DNA from: Mobula hypostoma
Taxonomy: Eukaryota
NCBI RefSeq assembly: GCF_963921235.1
Contig: NC_086108.1
Span: forward strand, 8,432,001 to 8,496,000
Reading direction: 5' to 3'
DNA: 64,000 nt
In this document: positions 1 to 13,100 of the stretch, piece by piece
Layout of the letters: each line of letters opens with the position of its first letter
Numbering within the stretch: position 1 is the stretch's first letter
The notes under the pieces: generated by a model
The model's database searches: none
Told to the model about the DNA's origin: nothing
What the model saw: only the letters and a program-made list of their open reading frames with translations
Program-made: the position numbers and the translations under genes

Positions 1-1079
1 AAGAGAGGAAGGGGAAGAGAGGTGAGTGGGGGGAGGAGAGAGGTCCTACGTCTATGGTTGTGTGCTGGAAACTCAGCTGAATCTCAATCATTTATTATCA
101 TTGATACACAGCACTGTGCTTATATATTAAGTTCAAAGTAAATTTTATTATCAATGATATGTCACCATATACAATCCTGAAGTTGATTTTCTTGCAGGCA
201 TACTTAGTAAGTCAATTGAATAATAACTATAACAGAATCAATGAAAGACCACCCAACGTGAGTATTTAACCAGAGTACAACAAACTGTGCAAATTCAAAA
301 AGAAGAAATAATAATGGGTAAATAAGCAAAAAAAATTGAGAACATGAGATGAAGAATCCTTGAAAGTGAGTCCATTGGTGTGGGAACATTTCAGTGATGG
401 GGCGAGTGAAGTTGTCCCCTTTGATTCAGGAGCCTGATGGTTGAGGGGTAATAAATGTTCCTGAACCTGGTGATGTGGATCCTGAGGCTCCTGTACCTTC
501 TACCTGATGACAGCAGTGAGAAGACAGCATGGCCTGGGTGTTGAGGATCTCTGACGATGGATGCTGCTTTCCTACGACAGCGTTTCATGTAGATGTGCTC
601 AGTGCTAGGCAGGCAGGGTGCCTAAGACTTTTGCACAGGACTGTATTTGTCAACGTGGAGCAGAGAGAGAGCTTGTAAATCTGACAGGAGCAAAGGATGT
701 TGGGGATGGTGAGTGTGGAGTGTGGGACAGGAAGGGAGTGCGAGGGGCGAGGGATGGTGCAGGTACAGACACAACCAGCCCTGAGACACCAGGCAAGGCC
801 ATTTCATTCCAAACAACTGGTTTATTGATCATTACAGTATGTCTCTCTGATGCTTCCTGCTCCCTCCCCTCCCTCCTCTCCACGATTCCCCTCTCCCTGT
901 CCCCCTCCCACTCTCAGTCATCGTCCACAATAGAGACCCATATCAGAATCAGGTTTATCATATGTCATGAATTTGCTCTTTATTTTGCGGCAGCAGTACA
1001 GTGCGATACATAAAATTGCTGTAGTACGCTGCAGAAGTCTTGGGAACCCGGGCTATTGTAGACACCACTGTTGCTGACC

Positions 1080-2040
1080 ATATCAAAGGTGGTGAAGAGT
1101 CAGCATAGAGGAGGGAGATGGAAAATCTGACTCAGTGGAGCCACAACTACAACCTCTCACTCAGTGTCAGCAAGCTGAAGGAGCCGATTATAGACTTCGG
1201 GAGAAGGAAACCAGAGGTCCCTGAGCCAGTCCTCACTGAAAGGTCAGAGCCGGGGTGGGGGGTGGTATTAGCAACTTTAAATTCCTCAGTGTTATTATTT
1301 CGGAGAACCCGTCCTGCTCCCAGCATGCAGGGGCAACGACAGAGAAAGCATGGCATCATCTCTCCTTCCTTAGGAGTTTGAAGAGATTCAGCATGACACC
1401 TAAAACTTTGACAGACTTCTATAGATGTGTAGTGGAGAATGTATTGACGGGCTGCATCACGGCCTGGTATGGACACACCAATGCCTCTGAATGGAAAATC
1501 CTACAAAAAGTAGTGAATATGGTTCGGTCCATTATGGGTAAAGGCCTCCCTACCACTGAGCACATCTACATGAAACGCTGTCGTAGGAAAGCAGCATCCA
1601 TCGTCAGAGATCCCCAACACCCAGGCCATGCTCTCTTCTCACTGCTGTCATCAGGTAGAAGGTACAGGGGTCTCTGGACCCACACCACCAGGTTCAGGAA
1701 CATTTATTACCCCTCAACCATCAGGGTCCTGAATCAAAGGGGACAACTTCACTCACCCATCACTGAAATGTTCCCACACCAATGGACTCACTTTCAAGGA
1801 TTCTTCATCTCATGTTCTCAATGTCTTTTTTGCTTATTTACCCATTATTATTTCTTCTTTTTGAATTTGCACAGTTTGTTGTACTCTGGTTAAACACCCA
1901 AGTTTGGTGGTCTTTCATTGATTCTGTTATAGTTATTATTCAATTGATTTATTAAGTATGCCTGCAAGAAAATCAACTTCAGGATTGTATATGGTGACAT
2001 ATATGTAACTAATAATAAAATTTACTTTGAACTTGATATA
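1080..2040 (+). mobile_element. Rex1/Babar-type LINE 3' fragment, decayed (copies at about 10120-11060, 21880-22785, and inverted at 120-610)
   Basis: FKFLSVIISEN...FYRCVVENVLTGCITAWYG...HPGHALFSLLSSGRRYR is typical of the Rex1/Babar RT C-terminus. Confidence 0.8.
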
Positions 2041-2059
2041 TCAGTACGGTGCTGTGTTT

Positions 2060-2398
2060 TTTTTTACTGTTTTTAATGGAGGTCGGGATTGAGGACGTGA
2101 TTTTAAGTTTAACTCTGTTTGGTTTCAAGTTAGCCCATTGCTTTGCTTTGCTTTTAGTTAGTTGCACGGTGGGTTTTTTTGGGGGGTTTTTTTTTCTTTT
2201 TTTTCCATTGATATATATATAAAATTTAGTATACTATTATGTTATCTTGGTTTTTTATGTTTAAATTACATTGTTTGTAGTATTTTTTTTGGTATTGATA
2301 CCTTCTGGAATTTTATTATATTTTAACATTGTATTAATGTTTATATGGTTTACCTTTTTGTATACTTATTCAATAAAAAGATTTAAAAAGAAAAAAAA
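2060..2398 (+). mobile_element. L1/Tx1-type LINE 3' UTR fragment with poly(A)
   Basis: T-rich UTR ending caataaaaagatttaaaaagaaaaaaaa; absent from the paralogous copy near 11070-11095. Confidence 0.55.
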
Positions 2399-5380
2399 TG
2401 ATTGGGATTCAGCTGAGTTTCCAGCACACAACCATAGACATAGGACCTCTCTCCTCCCCCCACTCACCTCTCTTCCCCTTCCTCTCTACTCCGCATCTCC
2501 TCGCCCTCTCCGTTCTCTCTTCTCCCCCTCTCCTCTACCCCCTCTCTCCCCACCCCCTCTTCTACCTACCCCCCTCTCCTCCCCCTCTCCTTTCCCCTCC
2601 CCACTCTCTCCTCTACCCCTCTCCCCTACACCCTACCCTACCCCTTCGCTCGCCTATCCTCTCTGCCCTCCACCTCCCCCTTCCCTCCCCTCTCCCTCAC
2701 TTTGTTCCCCAAACCTGGTAAAGAGCTGCCCCTTGGCGCCCTCTGGTGGAGGAAGCAGGAGCCACCTCAGTTCAGAAGCGGAATGGTATTTGCAATTTTC
2801 CAGCCCCCAAAAACCATTCCAGTGTTCGGTGGTTCTTGAACGATCAAGACTAATGTCTGCACTCTCTCTTCTGCTACCTCTTTCAGACCCTGCAGGTGTA
2901 GTTCAACTGGTCCAGGTGACTTGTCCACCTTCAGGCTTTTCAGTTTCCCAACCATTCCTCCTTAGTGATAGTGCGGCACTAACTTCTGCCCCTGACACTC
3001 CTGCTTTCCTGGCATTCTGCTGTCTCCCGCAGTGTAGACTGATGCAAAAGACTTATTAAGTTCATCCACCATTTCTTTTCCCCCTGTTACTACCTCTCCA
3101 GTGTCATTTTTCCAGCGGTCCGATATACACTCTCGCCTCTCTTTTACTCTTTATACATCTGACCTCACCAATGAATTGTAACACCTCAGCATTACATCCT
3201 TGCTTTTATATTCTACTCCTCTTGAAATGAATGCTAACATTGCATTTGCCGTCCTCACCACTGACTCAACCTGCAATTTAACCTTTAGGGAATCCTGCAC
3301 AAGTCCATCTGCACCTCAGAATTTTATTTTTTTCCCCGTTCATAAAACCATCAATCTTTCTATTCCAAAGCGTAGACTGTTTAAATTAGGTTTCTCTAAC
3401 TTCCGGTAATTTCTCTGTTCCCTTTTTCCCATTTCCCATTCTGGTTCCCGCTCTCCTCACCTGCCTATCACCTCCCTCCGGTTTCCCTGTTCCTTCCCTT
3501 TCTCCCATGGTCCATGTCCCTTCCTGTCATATTCCTTCTTCTCCAGCCCTTGCCCTCTTCCACCTGTCACCTCCCGACTTCTTTCTTTACCACCCACCTG
3601 CTCTCGCCCATCACCTGCCAGTTTGCCCTCCTCCCCACACGCTCATTTCTTTTTCAGGCATCTTCCCCCTTCCTTTCCAGTCCTGATGAAGGGTGTTGGC
3701 TCGAAACGTGAACTATTTATTCCCCTCCATAGGTGCTGCCTGCCCTGCTGACCTTTTCTCAGATGTATAAAGAGTAAAAGAGAGGCGAGAGTGGATATCG
3801 GACCGCTGGAAAATGACACTGGAGAGGTAGTAACGGGGAAAAGAAATGGTGGATGAACTTAATAAGTCTTTTGCATCAGTCTACACTGCGGGAGACAGCA
3901 GAATGCCAGGAAAGCAGGAGTGTCAGGGGCAGAAGTTAGTGCCACACTATCACTAAGGAGGAATGATTGGGAAACTGAAAAGCCTGAAGGTGGACAAGTC
4001 ACCTGGACCAGTTGAACTACACCTGCAGGGTCTGAAAGAGGTAGCAGAAGAGAGAGAGTGGAGGCATTAGTCTTGATCGTTCAAGAACCACCGAACACTG
4101 GAATGGTTCCTGGGGGCTGGAAAATTGCAAATACCATTCTGCTTCTGAACTGAGGTGGCTCCTGCTTCCTCCACCAGAGGGCGCCAAGGGGCAGCTCTTT
4201 ACCAGGTTTGGGGATCAAAGTCAGGGAGAGAGGAGGGGAGGGGGAGGTGGAGGGGAGAGAGGATAGGGGAGTGAGGGGGTAGGGTAAGGGTACGGGAAAC
4301 AGTGGGGATGGGAAAGGAGAGAGGAGAGGAGAGGAGAGGAGAGGGGGTAGGTAGAAGAGGGGGTGGGGAGAGAGGGGGTAGAGGAGAGGGGAGAAGAGGG
4401 AACGGAGAGGGGGAGGAGATGCGGAGAAGAGAGGAAGGGGAAGAGAGGAGAGCGGGGGGAGGAGAGAGGTCCTATGTCTATGTCTGTGTGCTGGAAACTC
4501 AGCTGAATCCCAATCATTTATTATCATTGATACACAGCACTGTGCTTATATATCAAGTTCAAAGTAAATTTTATTGTCAATTACATATATGTCACCATAT
4601 ACAATCCTGAAATTGATTTTCTTGCAGGCAGATTGTAAATACATCTTGCAATCATTTGAATAATAACTATAACAGAGTCAATGAAAGACCGCCCAACTTG
4701 GGTGTTTAACCAGAGTACAACAAACTGTGCAAATTGAAAACAATCATAATAATAGGTAAATAAACAAAAATATTGAGAACATGAGATGAAGGGTCCTTGA
4801 AAGTGAGTCCGTTGGTGTGGGAACATTTCAGTGATGGGGAGAATGAAGTTATCCCCGTTGATTCAGGAGCCTGATGGTTGTGGGGTGATAACTGTTCCTG
4901 AACCTGGTGGTGTGGGTCCTGAGGCTCCTGTACCTTCTACCTGATGTCAGCAACAGTGGTGTCTACAATAGCCCGGGTTCCCAAGACTTCTGCAGTGTAT
5001 TACAGCAATTTTATGTATCGCACTGTACTGCTGCCGCAAAATAAAGAGCAAATTCATGACATATGATAAACCTGATTCTGATATGGGTCTCTATTATGGA
5101 CGATGACTGAGAGTGGGAGGGGGACAGGGAGAGGGGAATCGTGGAGAGGAGGGAGGGGAGGGAGCAGGAAGCATCAGAGAGACATTCTGTAATGATCAAT
5201 AAACCAGTTGTTTGGAATGAAATGACCTTGCCTGGTGTCTCAGGGCTGGGTGTGTCTGTACCTGCACCATCCCTCGCCCCTCGCACTCCCTTCCTGTCCC
5301 ACACCCCACACTCACCATCCCCAACATCCTTTGCTCCTGTCAGATTTACAAGCTCACTCTCTGCTCCACGTTGACAAATA

Positions 5381-5447
5381 CAGTCGTGTGCAAAAGTTTT
5401 AGGCACCCTGGCTGTGTATATGTGCCTAAGACTTTGGCACAGCACTG
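5381..5447. mobile_element. 67-bp Tc1/mariner-type MITE (copy at 21376-21442)
   Basis: Imperfect terminal inverted repeats of about 26 bp (CAGTCGTGTGCAAAAGTTTTAGGCAC / GTGCCTAAGACTTTGGCACAGCACTG) flanked by TA on both sides. Confidence 0.7.
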
Positions 5448-5869
5448 TATGTGGTAATATTGGTCACTTTGCAGCAGCAGTTCAGAGCAATACATAAAAA
5501 CATGATCAATTACAAAAGTGGACAATAATGGTTTCCGGCAGAATCAAAGATCCCATCCACCCCAGACATTCTCTCTTCTCCCCTCTCTCAGTGAGCAGAA
5601 GCTACAAAAGCCTGAAAGCACACACTACCAGGCTCAAAGACAGCTTCTATCTTCCTGTTATAAGACTGTTGAATGGTTTCCCAGGAGACAAGACGTACTC
5701 TTGACCTCAAAATGTCACACTGCATCTTCAGACTCAACCGCAGGATCACACAATGAGTCAGAAGCGTTAAAAAAAGCTAGGAATGTTACTAAGCAAAGAG
5801 ACAAAGAGGTTAGTTTTAATCTGCCATGGCATTGCCCATTTTAGAAACATAGAAACATAGAAAATAGGT

Positions 5870-6665
5870 GCAGTGGCTGTGCCCCTTAACAATAGGTACT
5901 CCTGTTTGAGTACTGTTGGCGGGGACAGCTTACCCGGGGGAAGCGACAGTGGCCGTGCCTCTGGCACAGAGTCTGGCCCTGTAGCTCAGAAGGGTAGGGC
6001 AAGGAAGAGGAGGGCAGTTGTGATAGGGGACTCGATAGTAAGGGGGTCAGATAGGCGATTCTGTGGACGCAGTCTAGAGACCCGGATGGTAGTTTGCCTC
6101 CCTGGTGCCAGGGTCCGGGATATTTCTGATCATGTCCAAGATATCCTGAAGTGGGAGGGTGAGGAGCCAGAGGTCGTTGTACATATAGGTACCAATGACA
6201 TAGGTAGGAAAAGGGATGAGGTCCTGAAAGGAGAATATAGGGAGCTAGGAAGGGAGTTGAGAAAAAGGACCTCAAAGGTAGTAATCTCGGGATTACTGCC
6301 TGTGCCACGCGACAGTGAGAGCAGGAATGCGATGAGGTGGAGGATAAATGCGTGGCTGAGGGATTGGAGTGGGGGCAGGGATTCAAGTTTTTGGATCATT
6401 GGGACCTCTTTTGGCGCAGGCGTGACCTGTACAAAAAGGACGGGTTACACTTGAATCGTAGGGGGACCAATATCCTGGCAGGGAGATTAGCGAGGGCTAC
6501 TGAGGTGACTTTAAACTAGAATGGTTGGGGGGTGGGAATCAAATTAAAGAGGCTCGGCGTGAGGAGGTTAGTTTACAACAGAGGGATGGGAACCAGTGCA
6601 GAGAGACAGAGGGGTGTAAAGTGAGGGTAGAAGCAAAAAGTACAAAGGAGAAAAGTAAAAGTGGC
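5870..6665 (+). mobile_element. CR1 LINE ORF1 fragment (SGNH esterase domain), frameshifted
   Basis: VVIGDSIVRG...VVCLPGARV...VVHIGTND...DGLHLNRRG motifs. Confidence 0.85.
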
Positions 6666-7454
6666 AATTAAAAGTACTGCAGCAATTTTATGTATCGCAC
6701 TGTACTGCTACCACAAAATAAAGAGCAAATTCATGACATATGATAAACCTGATTCTGATATGAGTCTCTATTGTGGACCGGATACATGTATAGGGAATGT
6801 GTCGGGGTGCAGACCGGATACATGTATAGGGAATGTGTCGGGTACAGACTGGATACATGTATAGGGAATGTGTCAGCTGCAGACCGGATACATGTATAAG
6901 GAATGTGTCGGGTGCAAATTGGATACATATTTGGATTATGTTGGGATGCAGACCCATCTCGAATCCGAAGGCCAGTTGACGCTGGCTGAGAGGTTGCACA
7001 GTTTTCCTCACCTCAGTGGTAATGGCACAACATGTTTGTATCGTTGTTGCTATCCGAGCAGCCTCCTCACATGAAAACTCAGTCTGAATCCTCTCTCCCC
7101 ACACCCCCCAGTCGTCGCCGCCACCTCGTCAACAGGGGCTCAAAGTGGCACTAATTTCCTACAAGGAGGTAATTAGAGTCATGGAGCACTACAGCACAGA
7201 AACAGGCCCTTCAGCCCATCTAGAATTATTATTCTGCCTATCCCATCCACCCACACCGGGACCATACCCCTCCAATCCATCCAAACAGCTCTTCAACATT
7301 GCAACTGGACCCGCATCCACCCCATCCTCCGTCCGACAACTTGTTCCACTCTCACACCAGTGGAGAAGATCCTCCCCACGTTCCACCAAATCTGGCCTCT
7401 CGTTCCAATCTCGGCCAAGCTGAGAGGAAAAAGCCTGCTTGAATTAATTTAGGT

Positions 7455-7740
7455 CACTAATGAAGGTCCTCGATCTCTGTCTGTCCTTGGCTGTCTTCTC
7501 TATTGTGTGTCAGCTGAGGTTCAGGGTCCTCATTTCTGCCTCTCCGGTGCGGTGCTGAGTTGTCTTTGGTTTCCCGTGTTTCCTTCGCCCTTCTGAGGTC
7601 CAGTGAGGTGCTGCCTTGAAGATGGAGCTGACCTCTCTTCTCATCACGTGCCCGATCCGTCTCCAACGTTTCCTCCTGATGACGGTGGCCATGTCCTCTT
7701 GGAGACACAGCTTGCATCAACCCCTTGTGACGATGATTGG
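7455..7740 (-). mobile_element. RTE-clade LINE 3' fragment (mirror copy at about 16390-16675, + strand)
   Basis: RWRRIGHVMRR...HWTSEGRRKHGKPKTT matches the typical RTE ORF C-terminus. Confidence 0.7.
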
Positions 7741-9957
7741 AAATGTTCAGATGCATTCCGACGGTGATATCCAATATCAAAAAGCAGGTTTGGGCTCCAC
7801 TTACTGAGGGAAGATCACCAGTAAATATTCTGTCTGCTCTGACCTTCAATCTTGTCTCCTCAAACTTTTGTTTTCATTTTCGGTATTTTCTTGATGTTCT
7901 GGTCCACCAATCCGTCCCCCGTTCTGGAACAAAGAACTATCATAGAACACAAATCATTACAGCACAGTCTAGGCCCTTCAGTCCACAGTGTTGTCCTGAC
8001 CTTTTACCCTACACGAAGATCAATCTAACCCTTCTAGACAGGAAGATCCAAAATAGCAAAACCTAGAATGTAGAACATTCCAGCACAGTCTAGCCTCTTC
8101 AGTCCACAATGTTGTGCCTAATTTTCAAAACCAGTCTAATCCTTCCCTCCCACATGGCTGTCATCCATGTGCCTATCTTTAAGGATCTCTTAAATCTTTC
8201 TAATCGATCTGTTTCTACCACCGCCTGTGCTGGTGGATTCCAGGCACTCCATAACGCCTGTGTTTTTCAAAAAGCTACCTCTGACATTCCCCTCACCTAT
8301 ATTTTCCTCCAATTGCCTTAAAATTATGCCCCCTGGTATTAGCCATTTCCACCCTGGGAAAAAGTTTCTAGCTGTCCACTCGATCCACATCTCTTATCAT
8401 CTTGTACACTTCTATCAAGTCACCTTTCATCCTCCTTTGCTCCAAAGAGTGAAGCTGTACCTCGCTTAATCTAGCCACATAAACACACGCTCTGTAATGG
8501 AGACAGGATGATGGCAAACTTGCGTGCACCCTCTCTAAAGCTTCCACATCTTTCCTATAATGAGGCGACCAGAACTGAACGCAATACTCCAAATGTCCTC
8601 CACCCTCAGTGTCCTTGTGGCTTTGGGGAGGAATGAGTGGATAGTCCTGACTTGTTGTGTGGTAGGGGTCATAGAGGGAAGGAGCTCGGCACTTTGAAAA
8701 TGTAAGCGATTCTACTTCTGAAATTGCCTCGCGGGCTGCTCAGGTTGGGTATTTACCCTATGAAGGAATTGGGGTGGCAGCTCCAGCAAACTCCTCTGAT
8801 TCAGGGGGCTTTCACAGAATTTCCGATGTTCCATTTCCATCTTCTAATCTCTGTGAGATCTCTCCCGCATTGTACAAAGTCTCACAAATCAGCAAAATGG
8901 GACGTTAGTTTTTCTGCTCCAGGCTTGTAAGCTGTAGCAAGACGTAGAAGTGGGGGTGGGGAACTGTTTTATTCCAAAATTAAGGCGTTCTTTTGTGCGC
9001 GGTTTCATTTTGACAATGGCCTATGTAAAAATTTTCAGGTGATTGGGACTCTGTTTATCTGATAAATTTAAATAAAAACATTTTAGAGTAGATGGCTTTG
9101 GATGCTTTCTTTTTACGAGTAATTGGACAGTTGATTGTCAAAAGGGATACGAGAGGATCATGGGACAGGAGGCCCAGGGAGAAGGAAAAGGGGGAGGGGG
9201 GGCGAAAAACCCAGAATGGGCATCATGTTGTTGAAGGATTCAAGGATGTTGTTGAAAACTTTCTTAGCAACTACAGACATCAAACTACGTGTAGCTGGTT
9301 AACATGCTTCAGGCATACAAAACCATGAAGTGCGACATGTCACTAAAGATTTATTTTCTGCATTCCCATTCCGACTTCTGCCCTGTAAATGTTGGTGCTG
9401 TCAGTGACCAGCATGGTGAAAGGTTTCACCAGGACATTGTGGTCATGGAGAAACGGTATCAGGGAAACTGGAATCCATCAATGCTGGCTGATTATTGCTG
9501 GACACTTAAGTGATAAACCTCAGACACTGAGTGCAAATGAAAATCATTGACAAAACACTTTTAGCTCGGTTGAAATACTGCAAAGTGTCAGCACTGTTGT
9601 GTAATTAAATGCATTATATTCAATAAAAGTTAATTTTTTGTTTCTCCAAATCTCCACATGATACAAGTAGTCTGAAATTCTGTGTTCAGCTTCAAGTGGC
9701 CTATCATAAACAAAAAATCCTGAGGAAGGGACACTTTAAAAAAAGAATTTGTTGTCCAGTGTTGTCAAATATATTAGATAAACCCGTGAGATTCATATTC
9801 CAGGCAGCCACAAAACAAAGAAACACAATCCATGAAAACCGCACACAAGAAAGACCAACAAACATCCAATGTGCGAATAAAGACCAAATCAAGTCAACAA
9901 TAAAAAATAAACAAGTACGACACGTGATATGAATCGTCGGGTTCCCGAAAGCAAGTA

Positions 9958-10107
9958 CACAGGTACAGGGTCAGTTCAGTGCAGAGTGAGTGACGATGGT
10001 GACAGGCCACAGGTACAGGGTCAGTTCAGTGCAGAGTGAGTGACGATGGTGACAGGCCACAGGTACAGAGTCAGTTCAGTGCAGAGTGAGTGATGATGGT
10101 GACAGGC
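9958..10107. repeat. Tandem repeat of about 50 bp, 3 copies (mirror at about 13315-13460; single unit at about 24030-24075)
   Basis: caggtacagggtcagttcagtgcagagtgagtgacgatggtgacaggcca repeated. Confidence 0.85.
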
Positions 10108-13100
10108 ACCCTGTGAAAGGAGGGAGGGATAGGAGGAAGATGGAAAATCTGACTCAGTGGAGCCACAACTACAACCTCTCACTCAGTGTCAGCAAGCTGA
10201 AGGAGCCGATTATAGACTTCGGGAGAAGGAAACCAGAGGTCCCTGAGCCAGTCCTCACTGAAAGGTCAGAGCCGGGGTGGGGGGTGGTATTAGCAACTTT
10301 AAATTCCTCAGTGTTATTATTTCGGAGAACCCGTCCTGCTCCCAGCATGCAGGGACAACTACAGAGAAAGCATGGCATCATCTCTCCTTCCTTAGGAGTT
10401 TGAAGAGATTCAGCATGACATCTAAAACTTTGACAGACTTCTATAGATGTGTAGTGGAGAATGTATTGACGGGCTGCATCATGGCCTGGTATGGACACAC
10501 CAATGCCTTTGAATGAGAAATCCTACAAAAACTAGTAAATATGGTTCGGTCCATTATTGGTAAAGGCCTCCCTACCACTGAGCACATCTACATGAAACGC
10601 TGTCGTAGGAAAGCAGCATCCATCGTCAGAGATCCCCAACACCCAGGCCATGCTCTCTTCTCACTGCTGTCATCAGGTAGAAGGTAGAGGAGCCTCAGGA
10701 CCCACATCACCAGGTTCAGGAACATTTATTACCCCTCAACCATCAGGCTCCTGAATCAAAGGGGACAACTTCACTCGCCCCATCACTGAAATGTTCCCAC
10801 ACCAATGGACTCACTTTCAAGGATTCTTCATCTCATGTTCTCAATATTTTTTTGCTTATTTACCCATTATTATTTCTTCTTTTTGAATTTGCACAGTTTG
10901 TTGCACTCTGGTTAAACACCCAAATTGGGCGGTCTTTCATTGACTCTGTTATAGTTATTATTCAATTGATTTATTAGGTATGCCTGCAAGAAAATCAACT
11001 TCAGGATTGTATATGGTGACACATATGTAATTGGTAATAAAATTTACTTTGAACTTATTATATAAGCACAGTGCTGTGTATCAATGATAATATATGATTG
11101 GGATTCAGCTGAGTTTCCAGCACACAACCATACACATAGGACCTCTCTCCTCCCCCCACTCACCTCTCTTCCCCTTCCTCTCTTCTCCGCATCTCCTCCC
11201 CCTCTCCGTTCCCTCTTCTCCCCCCTCTCCCCACCCCCTCAGCTCCCCCTCTCCCCTCTCCTTTCCCCTCTCCCCTATCTCCTCGTTCCCCTATCCTCTC
11301 TCCCCTCCACCTCCCCCTCCCCTCCCCTCTCCCTCACTTTGTCCCCCAAACCTGGTAAAGAGCTGCCCCTTGGCGCCCTCTGGTGGAGGAAGCAGGAGCC
11401 ACCTCAGTTCAGAAGCGGAATGGTATTTGCAATTTTCCAGCCCCCAGGAACCATTCCAGTGTTCGGTGGTTCTTGAACGATCAAGACTAATGTCGCCACT
11501 CTCTCTTCTGCTACCTCTTTCAGACCCTGCAGGTGTAGTTCAACTGGTCCAGGTGACTTGTCCACCTTCAGGCTTTTCAGTTTCCCAACCATTCCTCTTT
11601 AGTGATAGTGCGGCACTAACTTCTGCCCCTGACACTCCTGCTTTCCTGCAATCTGTGGAATTCTCTGCCACAGGAAACTGTTGAGGCCAGTTCATTGGCT
11701 ATATTTAAGAGAGAGTTAGATATGGCCCTTGTAGCTACGGGGGTCAGGGGGTATGGAGGGAAGGCTGGGCCCGGGTTCTGAGTTGGATGATCAGCCATGA
11801 TCATAATAAATGGTGGTGCAGGCTCGAAGGGCCGAATGGCCTACTCCTGCACCTATTTTCTATGTTTCCTGGCATTCTGCTGTCTCCCGCAGTGTAGACT
11901 GATGCAAAAGACTTATTAAGATCATCCACCATTTCTTTTCCTCCTGTTACTACCTCTCCAGTGTCATGTTTCCAGTGGTCCTATATCCACTCTCGCCTCT
12001 CGTTTACTCTTTATACATCTGAGAAAAGGTCAGCAGGGCAGGCAGCATCTATGGAGGGGAATAAACAGTTCACGTTTCGGGCCGACACCCTTCATCAGGA
12101 CTGGAAAGGAAGGGGGAAGATGCCTGAGAAAGCAATGAGGGTGTGGGGAGGAGGGCAAACTGGCAGGTGATGGGCGAGAGCAGGTGGGTGGTAAAGAAGG
12201 AAGTCGGGAGGTGACAGGTGGAAGAGGGCAAGGGCTGGAGAAGAAGGAATATGACAGGAAGGGACATGGACCGTGGGAGAAAGGGAAGGAGCAGGGAAAC
12301 CGGAGGGAGGTGATAGGCAGGTGAGGAGAGCGGGAACCAGAATGGGGAATGGGAAAAAGGGAACAGAGAAATTACCGGAAGTTAGAGAAATCTAATTTAA
12401 ACAGTCTACGCTTTGGAATAGAACGTTTGATGGTTTTATAAACGGGGAAAAAAATAAAATTCTGAGGTGCAGATGGACTTGTGCAGGATTCCCTAAAGGT
12501 TAATTTGCAGGTTGAGTCAGTGGTGAGGACGGCAAATGCAATGTTAGCATTCATTTCAAGAGGAGTAGAATATAAAAGCAAGGATGTAATGCTGAGGTGT
12601 TACAATACATTGGTGAGGTCTCACTCAGCGTTCTGAGCAGGTTTGGGCCCCTTATCTGAGAAAGGCTGTGCCGATATTTGGAGAGGGTTCAAAGGAGGTT
12701 CATGAAAATGATGCTGGGATTGAAAAGCTTGTCATGTGAGGAGTTTTTCATGGCTCTGGGCCTGTACTCACTGTAATTCAGAAGAATGAGGGGGGATCTC
12801 AATAAAACCAATCAAATGTTGAAAGGCCTAGTTAGAGTGGATCTGGAGAGGGTGATTCCGATAGAGGGAGAGTCTAGGATCAGAGGGCACAGCCTCAAGA
12901 TAGGAGAATGGAGATGAGGAGGAATTTCTTTAGCTCGAGGGTGGTGAATCTGTGGAATTCGTTGCCACAGGCAGGCTGTGGAGGTCAAGTAAATGAATGC
13001 ATTCAAAGCAGAGGGTGATAGATCTTTGATAAGTCAGGGAGTGAAAAGTTATGGGGAGAAGGCAGGAGAATGGGTTTGAGAGGGAAATGGGTCAGCCATG

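Larger units (their letters stand above)
612..5410. repeat. Second inverted repeat centred near 3460 (arms about 612-3162 and 3758-5410)
   Basis: 2398-3162 is the reverse complement of 3758-4517; 612-1078 is the reverse complement of about 4945-5410. Confidence 0.85.

Noticed and set aside
2271..3059. 262-aa proline-rich ORF
   Set aside because: It reads through an L1 tail, a polypyrimidine tract and antisense CR1 sequence; low-complexity artefact.
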